Below the pieces are notes generated by a model. It saw only the letters and a program-made list of their open reading frames with translations, made no database searches and was not told the DNA's origin. Shown here piece after piece: positions 53,820-62,934 of a stretch of 64,000 nucleotides of DNA (positions within the stretch are counted from its first letter, which is position 1; the number at the start of each line of letters is the position of its first letter). The DNA comes from an uncultured Actinomycetota bacterium (GTDB taxonomy: Bacteria > Actinomycetota > Acidimicrobiia > Acidimicrobiales > Microtrichaceae): the NCBI GenBank assembly GCA_963773765.1, contig CAVZCC010000001.1:18901-82900 (forward strand), read 5' to 3'. A program made the position numbers and the translations under genes.

Positions 53820-54944
53820 TCAGGCCATGGGGCCGGCCGGGAGCGGCCCGCGGTCGTGGGCGTCGCCGTCGTCCCCGGGGTCGAGGTCGGGGTCGCCCGC
53901 CCCGGCTCCGCCGCCCTCGTCGGCCGACAGCCGGTTGACGGTGGCCAGGCGGGTCCGGCCGATGCCCTTGAGGTCGAACACCCGTCGCACCCGGTGGGTC
54001 TCGAGGTCCGCCCGGTCCTCCATCGCCAGCAGGTACTCCCGGGGGATGACGACCTTGCCCCGACGGGCCACGTCGGTCATGCGGCTGGCCAGGTTGACGG
54101 TCGGGCCGAACACGTCGCCACCCACGGTGATGGTCGGGCCGTACGCCACGCCGCAGTGCAGCTGCACCGGCTCCGGCCGGTCGGCAAGGCGGTCCAGCAG
54201 GTCCAGGCCGATGTCCACCCCGTCCTCCAGGGTGTCGGCCAGGAACATGACCTCGTCGCCGATCAGCTTCACCACGCGGCCACCGCGGGCGGACACGACG
54301 TCGAAGGCCGCCGTCTCGAAGGCGTCGATGACCTCGGCCAGCTCCGGTGGCGTGAGCTCCCGGGTCAGCTTGGAGAAGCCCGAGATGTCGGCGAACCCCA
54401 CCGCGCACTCGGACAGGTCCTCCTCCGCCCCCAACCAGCGGCTGAGCGCGGCCACCAGGTGCCGCCGCCACACGTAGACCAGGGAGTCCTCCAGGAGCGC
54501 CAGCAGCGAGGTGTCCGGGTCGCGCTCCATGGCCTGGATGCGGTCCCACGGTGAGAGGTCCGGCTCGCCGGCCGGCATGGAGAGGAGGATGTCGTCCAGC
54601 ACGGCGGCCTGGGCCTCGGCGATGCGGGAGAAGGACGCACCCAGCAACCGGGCCAGGCGGAGCACGGCGTCGTCGTCCAGCAGGTCCGCCCCCACCATGG
54701 ACACCAGGCGCCGTGCCATCTGCACGTCGGTGTCGCCGAAGGCCACCACGTCCTCCGGGACCTCGGCGAAGCCCATGGCCCGCCACCACCGGACCATCTC
54801 CTCGTGGGTGACCCCGACACGCTCCTCCATGTCCCTGCGGCGGTACACCGGGGGATCCAGGCCCACCATGCGGGACAGACCCGCCACCCGTTCGGGGTCC
54901 ACCGGCCGGCGTGTCTCCCCGGACGGCACCTCGCCGATCGTCAC
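53820..54944 (-). CDS. class III adenylate/guanylate cyclase with N-terminal regulatory domain
   Basis: ...AVGFADISGFSKL...LIGDEVMFL...; GTG start proposed; the upstream part of ORF 53820-56438 is antisense to the GH5 gene. Confidence 0.65.
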   Translation of the reverse strand: MTIGEVPSGETRRPVDPERVAGLSRMVGLDPPVYRRRDMEERVGVTHEEMVRWWRAMGFAEVPEDVVAFGDTDVQMARRLVSMVGADLLDDDAVLRLARLLGASFSRIAEAQAAVLDDILLSMPAGEPDLSPWDRIQAMERDPDTSLLALLEDSLVYVWRRHLVAALSRWLGAEEDLSECAVGFADISGFSKLTRELTPPELAEVIDAFETAAFDVVSARGGRVVKLIGDEVMFLADTLEDGVDIGLDLLDRLADRPEPVQLHCGVAYGPTITVGGDVFGPTVNLASRMTDVARRGKVVIPREYLLAMEDRADLETHRVRRVFDLKGIGRTRLATVNRLSADEGGGAGAGDPDLDPGDDGDAHDRGPLPAGPMA

Positions 54945-54973
54945 GGTCAGGCCCGCCGGACGGTGACCGTGAC
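54940..54973. other. perfect 10-bp inverted repeat gtcacggtca-N14-tgaccgtgac spanning the GH5 stop codon and the cyclase start
   Basis: Seen directly in sequence. Confidence 0.6.
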
Positions 54974-56428
54974 CACGTCGGCGGTGGGGTCGGCCTCCAC
55001 CGTCAGCCGACCGGCGTCGGGGGCGGAGGTGACCTCGCCCCCGTCCACCACCACCGTGTAGCCGGCGGGGTACGCGCGCCGGGGGACGACGATGCTGGTG
55101 GGAGCGGTGACGGCGTGGTCGGCCCGGAACCGCAGCTCGTAGTCGCCCGTGGCGGGCTCGAAGCGCTGGCTCAACGGCCGTCCCGCGGTGGCCTGCGCGG
55201 ACGTACGGACCAACTGGGACTCCACCACGTCCGGGTAGCGGCCGTTGTGCCAGTGGAACCACGACAGCAGGTGGTCGTCGGCCAGCCGGGCCGGCAGCGT
55301 CACGTTGAGGGGGCTGGCGGAGGCCCCGAACTCGGTCAGCATGGCCGGAGCCGCCCACGCCGCGGCCTGGCCCCGGGCCCGGTCGACGGCCTCGGTGAAC
55401 CGGGCGTCGCACCAGGCGTTCGCCTCCGGCGACGGCTGCACCGGCTCGCCGCCGTCGGTGTACAGGCAGTAGGTGTGGAAGGACAGGCCCACCTGGCCGT
55501 GGGCGGGCGGCGGCATCTGCGCCGCGGCGTAGACGGGGAACATGGCCTCCGGCTCCCACCACACCGGGAGGTCCGGCGCCGCGGCCCGGACGCGTGCGGT
55601 GATGCGGTCGTAGAGGGCCGAGGCGCGGGCGTCCAGGTCCGGGCAGCCGCCCAGGACACAGGACACCACCGGCGTCCCCGGGAACGGCTCGTTGATGAGC
55701 TCGACCCCGATCACGTTGGGGGCATCGGCCATGCGGCCGGCCAGCGCCGCCACCCCGTCGGCGTACGCGTCGACCACGCCGGTCCCCGGCGTCACCGGGG
55801 CATTGGCCCACCAGTCGTCCCACTGCCGCAGGGACCGGGGGGTGAGGTAGGCGGCCGACCAGCCGATGGCGTCGGCCAGGCCCTCGGGCAGGGTGGTGTC
55901 CAGTGCGGCGGCCTCCGGCGTGGTGGCCCACGACGGCATCCCCTCGAACACGTCCTGGTGCAGGTCCAGGAGCACCCACATGCCGGCGCCGGCCACGGTG
56001 TCCACCACCGCCCGCACCCGATCCAGGTAGGCGGGGTCCACCTGCCCCGGCGCCGGCATGAGCGCGGCCGGCCACACGCCCAGCCGGATCCCGTTCACGC
56101 CGTCGGCGGCCAGGCGCTCCAGGTCCGCAGGGTCCAGTGCGCCGTCGGCCGGCTCGGTGATGAACGGCGCGCGCTTGGCCACCGAGTTCACGCCGTGGAT
56201 GAGCACCACCCGGCCCGCGCCGTCCACCAGGTCCGCGCCCCGGAACCGCAACGGGGGGACCAGGTCCGGCTCGGCGACGGAGACCACGTCGGTGGCCGGG
56301 CCCAGGGTCACCACGGGCGGGGCGTCCGCGCACGCAGCGGCCACGGCCACCAGGGCGGCGACGAGTGCCACCGGCCCCACCTTCGCCGTCCGGCGCCCGG
56401 ACCCCGCGATCCCTCGTCCCACAGGCAT
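54947..56428 (-). CDS. glycoside hydrolase family 5 lipoprotein (endoglycoceramidase/cellulase-like)
   Basis: Lipobox LVAAVAAAC, VIGVELINEP (acid/base Glu), MLTEFG (nucleophile Glu). Confidence 0.65.
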   Translation of the reverse strand: MPVGRGIAGSGRRTAKVGPVALVAALVAVAAACADAPPVVTLGPATDVVSVAEPDLVPPLRFRGADLVDGAGRVVLIHGVNSVAKRAPFITEPADGALDPADLERLAADGVNGIRLGVWPAALMPAPGQVDPAYLDRVRAVVDTVAGAGMWVLLDLHQDVFEGMPSWATTPEAAALDTTLPEGLADAIGWSAAYLTPRSLRQWDDWWANAPVTPGTGVVDAYADGVAALAGRMADAPNVIGVELINEPFPGTPVVSCVLGGCPDLDARASALYDRITARVRAAAPDLPVWWEPEAMFPVYAAAQMPPPAHGQVGLSFHTYCLYTDGGEPVQPSPEANAWCDARFTEAVDRARGQAAAWAAPAMLTEFGASASPLNVTLPARLADDHLLSWFHWHNGRYPDVVESQLVRTSAQATAGRPLSQRFEPATGDYELRFRADHAVTAPTSIVVPRRAYPAGYTVVVDGGEVTSAPDAGRLTVEADPTADVVTVTVRRA

Positions 56429-56567
56429 GGGCGGTCACCGTAGCCGGACCGCGTCACCTCGGTCGTGGCCGTCCCCGGACGTCCCGGCGCTCCCCGCGAC
56501 TCCCGGCGCGACGGGGCCCGCTGGTACCTTGGCCGGTGTCCTCCGACCCCTTGTGGTGGCCCTGACC

Positions 56568-57254
56568 ATGACCGTGCAACTGGATGAGCAGGCCGATCCC
56601 GCTCCCGTTCCGGATCCCACGCCACGCCCCGTCAAGCAGCTGGTGCTGATCTCCCTGGCCGCCGTGCTGGTGGTGGGCGCCGGGCTCCTGGCCGCCGGAT
56701 GGGACCGCGGCACCCCGCCATGGGCCGGACGGGTGCTGGAGTCGACGCAGGCCAAGCCCGACATCACCCTCACCGACACCTCCGGGCGGCCGTTCAACCT
56801 GCGCACCGACACCGCGGGGAAGCTCACGGTCCTGATGTTCGGCTACACCCACTGCCCGGACGTGTGCCCCATCAACCTGGCCACGCTGGACAGCACGTTG
56901 GACTCCCTCGGCCCCCGGGCCCGGGGACAGGTGGAGATGGTGTTCGTGACCGCGGACCCGGCCCGGGACACGCCGGAGGTCCTGCGGACGTACCTGGACC
57001 AGTTCGACGTGGAGTTCATCGGCCTGACCGGCACCGAGGCGGAGGTCGCCGCCGCCCAGGAGGCGGCGAAGGTCCCCATCGCCACCCTGGACCAGCCCGA
57101 TGCGAAGGGCGACTACACCGTGGGACACGCCACCCAGATGATCGTGTACGGGACCGACGACCAGGCCCGGATCGTGTACCCGTTCGGCACCCGCCAGGTC
57201 GACTGGTCCCGCGACCTGCCCCGGCTGCTGAACGGCGAGGAGCCCGCGGCGTGA
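56568..57254 (+). CDS. SCO1/SenC copper chaperone
   Basis: TM anchor plus FGYTHCPDVCP (CxxxC). Confidence 0.75.
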   Translation: MTVQLDEQADPAPVPDPTPRPVKQLVLISLAAVLVVGAGLLAAGWDRGTPPWAGRVLESTQAKPDITLTDTSGRPFNLRTDTAGKLTVLMFGYTHCPDVCPINLATLDSTLDSLGPRARGQVEMVFVTADPARDTPEVLRTYLDQFDVEFIGLTGTEAEVAAAQEAAKVPIATLDQPDAKGDYTVGHATQMIVYGTDDQARIVYPFGTRQVDWSRDLPRLLNGEEPAA

Positions 57255-57769
57255 CCGCCCCCGACGTGGTTCGGCCACCCCGCCGCCGCTCCGCGGTCCC
57301 GCTGGCCCTGGCCGTGGCGGCGCTGGCGGTCGTCGTGGCCGGCGTCGCCCTGCTGGTGGCCCGGGACGACCGTGCCGGCGGCACGGCACAGGTGGGCGCG
57401 GGCGAGGCCGTCGTGGGCGCGACCCGGGCCGGGGCCGCGTCGGCCTACGTGACGCTGGACAACGACGGCGACGGGACCGACCGCCTGGTGGGCGTCACCA
57501 GCCCGTCGGCCGGTGCCGTCAGCCTGCACGTCACCGAGGAGCGGGACGGCCTGTCGATCATGCAGGAGGCCGACGGGCTGGACGTCCCGCCGGGGAGCGG
57601 CCTCACCATGGCCCCGGGTGGCACGCACCTGATGCTGGAGGACCTGGCGCAGCCGCTGGAGGCCGGGTCCACCGTCACCCTGCGGCTCTCGTTCGAGCGC
57701 AGCGGGGACGTGGAGGTCCGGGCGGAGGTGCTCCCGCTGGAGGCACTGGCGGAGCGGGTGGGCCGATGA
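57251..57769 (+). CDS. PCu(A)C/DUF461 periplasmic copper chaperone, GTG start
   Basis: ...GVTSPSAGAVSLH...GGTHLMLEDL (H/M copper-binding pattern); GTG overlaps the SCO1 stop (GTGA). Confidence 0.55.
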   Translation: MTAPDVVRPPRRRSAVPLALAVAALAVVVAGVALLVARDDRAGGTAQVGAGEAVVGATRAGAASAYVTLDNDGDGTDRLVGVTSPSAGAVSLHVTEERDGLSIMQEADGLDVPPGSGLTMAPGGTHLMLEDLAQPLEAGSTVTLRLSFERSGDVEVRAEVLPLEALAERVGR

Positions 57770-57851
57770 TGCAGCGCGTGGGCCGGGGTGGAACGATGGT
57801 TGCGATGCAGATGACCGAGCCGGTCGGCACCCGGACCCCGGACGTGGCGCC

Positions 57852-58776
57852 ATGAGGTGGTGGTGCTCGGCGGTGGCGGAGAAGTGGACGTGGGCCCCGC
57901 GTCCGTACCTGGGCGTGTGGATCCTGTGCCTCGGGCTGGGCGCGGCGTACTGGCGGAGCTGGACCCACCACCGGGACCAGTGGGTCCCGGACGAGCGGGA
58001 CCGCCGCCGCCCGCTGTGGTTCGGGCTCGGCCTCCTGGCGCTCTGGGTCGCCTCCGACTGGCCCGTCGGTGCCCTGGGTGGGTCCTACCTGGCCTCGGTC
58101 CACATGCTGCAGTACATGATCTACACGCTCGCCGCGGCACCGCTGCTCATGCTCGGCACGCCGGAATGGCTCGGTCGACGCATCCTGGCCGCCACCTGGC
58201 TGCGCACCGTCTACCTGGCCATCTCCAAGCCGACTCATCGCCGCCCTCATCAGCAACTTCGTGCTGATCGCCACCCACGCCCCGGTCACGGTGGACCTGT
58301 TGCGCTCCAGCCAGTTGGGGTCGTTCCTCCTGGACATGATCTGGCTGGTGGCCGGCTTCATCCTGTGGACCCCGATCATCAGCCCGCTGCCGGAGGCCCA
58401 GGCCCGCTCCGCGCCGATCAAGCTGGTGTACCTGTTCGCAGCGGCCGCCCTCATGCCCATGATCCCCGGCGGGTTCCTCACCTTCTCGCCGCTGCCCCTG
58501 TACGCCACCTACGAGCTGGCACCCCGGGTCGGCATCGAGGCACTCGACGACCAGCAGATGGCAGGCGTGGCCATGAAGGTCGGCAACCTCCCGGTGATCT
58601 GGACCGTCATGGCGGTGATCTGGTTCCGCTGGTACCGCCGTGAGGCGGGCGACCAGCGGCCCACGGTGGTGCGCGACCCGGTCACCGGCGCGCCGTTGCG
58701 GGCACCACGGGCAGCGCGTCCAGCCCCCGGAACGGACCGCGCTGGTGCCAGCGCAGGGGTTCCGCCGTCCGGCTGA
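57852..58776 (+). CDS. ctaG: cytochrome c oxidase caa3-type assembly factor CtaG-like membrane protein; frameshift near 58235
   Basis: RPYLGVWILCLGLGAAYW...MLQYMIYTLAAAPLLMLGTPEWL...AISKP (57852 frame), then LIAALISNFVLIATHAPV...LWTPIISPLPEAQ... (58261 frame). Confidence 0.5.
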
Positions 58777-59905
58777 GCCCCGGCGTGCGGCGGGCCAGGG
58801 TGCCGAGCATCACCTCGGTCTCGGAGCGGGCCAGCGACGCACCCAGGCAGTAGTGGGCGCCGAACGCGAAGGACAGCGGGGCCGGACCGTCGCGGCCGGG
58901 CCGGAACCGGTCGGGGTCCGCGAACTGCGCCGGGTCCCGGTTGGCGGCGGCGAGGTACACCAGCACCGGTTGCCACGCCGCCACCTCCACCCCGGCGATC
59001 ACCACGTCCTCCAACGGGACCCGGGCCACGTAGAGCGTGGGGGTCTCGAAGCGCAGGAACTCGGCCACCACCGCGGGGACGTCCCAGTCGCCGTGCACCA
59101 CCGCCTCCCACCGGGTCGGGTCCTCCAGGAGGACCGACATGCCGTTGGTGAACAGGTCACGGGTGGTGCGGTGCCCGGCGGAGTACAACGTGGCCGCCAG
59201 CGACAACAGCTCCACCCGCTGCAGCCGCTGGCCGTCCTCCTCGGCCAGGAGCAGTGCGGACAACAGGTCGTCACCGGGGACCTCCCGGCGCCGGTCCAGC
59301 AGCGCGCCCAGGTAGGCGTGGAACGCCTCGGCCGCGTCGACCGCCGCCACCAGGTCGGCGGAGGAGACCTCCACCCCCAGCAGGGGGGCCACGGCATCGC
59401 TCCAGCCGGTGAGCAGGTCCCGGTCCGCGACGGGGACGCCGAGCATCTCGGAGATGACCAGCGACGGGAGCTGGTGGGCGAACCTCGACAGCAGGTCCAC
59501 GGCTCCGTCGCCGGCCTCCTCCAGCACGCCGTCCACCAGGGTGCCCGCGGTGGCCTCCATCCAGGGCCTCAACGCCGCCACCCGGCGGGGCGTGAAGACC
59601 GACGACACCAGGCCCCGGACCCTGGGGTGGTCCGGCGGGTCCAGGAAGTTGATGCGGTGGCCCATCTCGTTGCGGGCCGCGCCCTCCGGGAGCCGGTCCA
59701 GGTAGCGCAGGGCGATGGGGGAGGATCCGCAGCCGGGGTGGCGGAGCACCTCCATGGCGGCGTCGTAACCGGTCACGGCCACGAAGCCGTCGGCCAGCAC
59801 CGCCACGGGCGCCACGGAGCGCAGGTCGGCCAGCACCGGGTAGGGGTCGTCCGCTCCCACCAGGTCCGAGGTCGTCAGGTCCACCGCTGCGTCGCCCCGG
59901 TCCAT
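58682..59905 (-). CDS. cytochrome P450, intact
   Basis: FGAHYCLGASLAR heme-binding loop; AGHRTT I-helix; ETPT. Confidence 0.85.
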   Translation of the reverse strand: MDRGDAAVDLTTSDLVGADDPYPVLADLRSVAPVAVLADGFVAVTGYDAAMEVLRHPGCGSSPIALRYLDRLPEGAARNEMGHRINFLDPPDHPRVRGLVSSVFTPRRVAALRPWMEATAGTLVDGVLEEAGDGAVDLLSRFAHQLPSLVISEMLGVPVADRDLLTGWSDAVAPLLGVEVSSADLVAAVDAAEAFHAYLGALLDRRREVPGDDLLSALLLAEEDGQRLQRVELLSLAATLYSAGHRTTRDLFTNGMSVLLEDPTRWEAVVHGDWDVPAVVAEFLRFETPTLYVARVPLEDVVIAGVEVAAWQPVLVYLAAANRDPAQFADPDRFRPGRDGPAPLSFAFGAHYCLGASLARSETEVMLGTLARRTPGLSRTAEPLRWHQRGPFRGLDALPVVPATARR

Positions 59906-59971
59906 GCGACCCGTCTAGCACGCACGTGGATGACGTCGGAGTCCGGCGCCCCGCCCCCTAGCCTGAGCGGC

Positions 59972-61111
59972 ATGGTGATGGCAGATCGTCCCGAGGTCCG
60001 GACCGCATCCACCCCCGTGGCGGCGGTGACGCTGGTGGGCCTGGCGGAGAACCTGGTGAACGCCCTGGCCCGCGTGCCGTTCCGCCAGCCCTGGCAGGGG
60101 CCGTCCGGTCCGGTCCAGAACGTGGGTGCCGGCGTGACCCGCCAGATCATCCGGTCCTTCATGGGGTACTCCACCGGGCTCCCCATCGAGGAGTTCCGTT
60201 CCATGGAGCGTGCGCTGGACAGCCTGTGCAAGGTGGTGCTCCCGCCCTGGGTGGTGGTCCGCGACGGGACCAGCGTGGGGACCGGGGTCATCAACGGCGT
60301 GCCCGGCATCTGGGCCCGTCCCCGCACCGGCCGGGTGAACGGCACGGTCCTGTACCTGCACGGCGGGGGCTACATCGGCACGTCGCCGATGATGTACGCC
60401 GCCTTCGTCGGGGCACTGGTCAAGGGCACCGGCTGCGAGGTGTTCGTGGCCGACTACCGCCTGGCGCCCGAGTTCCCGTTCCCGGCGGGCCTCTACGACG
60501 CCGTCGACGCCTACGTGGGACTGCTGGAGGCCGGCGTCGACCCGTCCAACCTGGTGGTGGCCGGTGACTCCGGCGGCGGCGGCCTGGCCACGTCGTTGAT
60601 GGGGGAGCTGTTCACCCGGGACCTGCCGCGACCCGCCGGACTGGTGCTCTTCTCCCCGGAGGTCGACCTGGACCTGGACGACCCGTCGGTCACCGACAAC
60701 GCCTCCAAGGACATCCTGCCCTGGAACATCCCGGTCACGTCCTACCTGCACGGGGTGCAGCCCGAGGACTCCCGGGTCTCCGCGGTGTTCGCCGATCCGA
60801 TGTGGTTCCCGCCCACCTTCGTGGCCTTCGGGTCCGAGGAGATGTTCCGCGACGGCATCCGCACCTTCGTCGACCGCCTGGCCGGGGCCGGGGTCGCCAC
60901 GGAGTCCCACGAGGAGGAGGGCATGTTCCACGTCTTCCCCATCGTCATGCCGTGGGCCGGTTCGGCCCGGCGGGTGTTCGGCTCCGTGGACCGGTTCGTG
61001 ACCGAGCACGTGGTGCCGACGGGCGACGCCGTCCTGGAGGACGTGGCGTCGGTCCCGGAGCCGGCCGACGACCCAGCCGGGGTCGGCGGCACCCTCCGGT
61101 CGATCTCGTAG
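59972..61111 (+). CDS. alpha/beta hydrolase, HSL-family esterase/lipase
   Basis: LYLHGGGY (oxyanion HGGG), VAGDSGGGGLA (GDSGG nucleophile). Confidence 0.75.
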   Translation: MVMADRPEVRTASTPVAAVTLVGLAENLVNALARVPFRQPWQGPSGPVQNVGAGVTRQIIRSFMGYSTGLPIEEFRSMERALDSLCKVVLPPWVVVRDGTSVGTGVINGVPGIWARPRTGRVNGTVLYLHGGGYIGTSPMMYAAFVGALVKGTGCEVFVADYRLAPEFPFPAGLYDAVDAYVGLLEAGVDPSNLVVAGDSGGGGLATSLMGELFTRDLPRPAGLVLFSPEVDLDLDDPSVTDNASKDILPWNIPVTSYLHGVQPEDSRVSAVFADPMWFPPTFVAFGSEEMFRDGIRTFVDRLAGAGVATESHEEEGMFHVFPIVMPWAGSARRVFGSVDRFVTEHVVPTGDAVLEDVASVPEPADDPAGVGGTLRSIS

Positions 61112-61215
61112 ACCTGCGACCCGTGGCGGGTCGCATCCCGACAAGTTCGGCGGCATCCGGTCGATCTCGTCGACCTGTGACCCCGGACGGGTCGCATTCC
61201 TACACGTTCGGCGTG
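61082..61215. repeat. about 62-bp unit tandemly duplicated (2.1 copies) covering the esterase 3-prime end/stop plus a 9-bp-stem palindrome
   Basis: Copy 1: tcggcggcaccctccggtcgatctcgtagacctgcgacccgtggcgggtcgcatcccgacaagt. Copy 2: ttcggcggcatccggtcgatctcgtcgacctgtgaccccggacgggtcgcattcctacacg. A third copy starts ttcggcgtgg. Confidence 0.8.
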
Positions 61216-61229
61216 GGGCGGGCCGGGGG

Positions 61230-62060
61230 TCAGGGACGGTCCGCCAGGGGGAGGGCCAGCCCCAGTCCGGTGGCCACGGCCCGGCCGGTCTCGGCCGCGG
61301 TGAGGTACGGCTCGATGTCGTGCGGGTGGCGGCCGTTGAACACGTACTCGTCCCGCAGCCGGTCCCCGAAGATCGGCGCCAGCCGGGGAGCGGCCATGGT
61401 GGCCAGGTCGCCCTCGGCCGCCACGTTGGTCCACTCCCGCACGCAGGACGGCCAGACCCCCCTGCCGTCGACCGGCGGCGGGTCCAGCCGGTCCAGCACC
61501 AGGTCCGGCGTGCCCAGCGGGGAGCCGACGGTGATGAACTGGGCCAGGTCGAACTCGGGGTGGGCGCACAGCACCTGGTAGGCGATCACGGTGCCCATGG
61601 AGTGGGCCAGCACCACCTTGGTGTCCGGTCCCAGGTGCCGCTCCAGCCGCTCGTGGATGGCGGCCTTGGCCGCGGGGTCCACGAAGTAGCGGCCCAACAG
61701 CTCGGTGGACCGTCGGTTGGTCTCCGCCGCCATGGCCTTGGCCACCGCGTCGAGCGCGCCCGGGCCGTCGGTCTGCAGGTCCTCCAGCGTGTCGGCCAAC
61801 CCGGCGTGGTCCACGCCGCCCGCATCGCCGCCCCCGGACAACTCGGCCAGCACCTCCTCCGGTGACCGCGGCTCCGGACGGACCAGGTCGCCCCAGAACG
61901 CCACCGACACCGACCGGTGGACCCGTTCCAGCGGTACGTCGTGCAGGTCCACCCCGGCGGCCCACAGGCCGTCCAGCAGGGGCGGGGCCCAGCGGAATCC
62001 CAGTCGGACCGGGCCCCACATCTCGTGGAACGCGCCGTGGACCATCACCACTTCTGCCAT
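61230..62060 (-). CDS. alpha/beta hydrolase fold protein (lipase-like, AHSMG nucleophile elbow)
   Basis: MAEVVMVHGAF...VVLAHSMGTVIAYQVL. Confidence 0.5.
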   Translation of the reverse strand: MAEVVMVHGAFHEMWGPVRLGFRWAPPLLDGLWAAGVDLHDVPLERVHRSVSVAFWGDLVRPEPRSPEEVLAELSGGGDAGGVDHAGLADTLEDLQTDGPGALDAVAKAMAAETNRRSTELLGRYFVDPAAKAAIHERLERHLGPDTKVVLAHSMGTVIAYQVLCAHPEFDLAQFITVGSPLGTPDLVLDRLDPPPVDGRGVWPSCVREWTNVAAEGDLATMAAPRLAPIFGDRLRDEYVFNGRHPHDIEPYLTAAETGRAVATGLGLALPLADRP

Positions 62061-62139
62061 GGGACGCAGTGTGGCAGGGTGCGGTCCGGGCACCAAGGAC
62101 CGTCGGACGGGCGGTCCCGACCACGGGGAGGGTCCCGGC

Positions 62140-62799
62140 ATGGGACGTACCACTGGAGGACTGACCGGGTTGGCGGGGCTGGGGCTGGCGGCCGCGGCCG
62201 CGGCCGAGGTGGTGTGGCGCCGTGGCCGGGACTGGGGCGCGACCGAGGAGGAGCGCACGGCCCCGTTCCCCGGCGACGAACTGGTGGCCGGGCCGGCGTC
62301 GTCGTTGACCCGGGCCGTCACGGTCGAGGCACCGGCGGAGGAGGTCTGGCGCTGGTTGGTGCAGATCGGCCAGGGTCGGGGTGGTTGGTACAGCTATGAC
62401 GCGCTGGAGAACCTCCTGGGACTGGACATCCACTCCACCGACGAGGTCCGGCCCGAGTGGCAGGACCTGGCGGTGGGTGACCGGGTCGTGATGATCCGCC
62501 CGGGCTGGATGGGCCTCGCGGACGGGTTCGGCCTGCCGGTGGCCGTCCTGGACCCGCCCCGGGCCCTGGTCCTCCGCGAGGACCCCGACGAGACACCGTG
62601 GGACGCGGTGTGGTCGTTCCTGGTGGTCCCCGTCGGGCCGGGCCGCTGCCGGCTCGTCTCGCGCAGCCGGGCCCACACCGCTCCCGGCATCGGCGCCGCG
62701 CTCGGGACGCGCCGCGGCCCGTCCCATGGACCTGGTGACCCTGTTCATGACCCGCCGCATGCTGCTGGGCATCCGCGACCGGGCCGAGGCCGCCTTCTG
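62140..62799 (+). CDS. SRPBCC family protein; probable frameshift near 62715
   Basis: MGRTTGG...WRWLVQIGQGRGGWYSYDALENL... then C-terminus PMDLVTLFMTRRMLLGIRDRAEAAF stop in another frame ending at 62799. Confidence 0.45.
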
Positions 62800-62934
62800 A
62801 CGGGGACGGTGGACGGCCTGCCGACGTCGCCGGTGGTGTGACGCACGGCGACCCCGGCGGCAGGCGTGGCGGCGCCGCCGGTCGGGTACCGTGCCCGTCA
62901 TGAGCGTCGCAAGGATCCAGGTGGAGGTGCGGGG

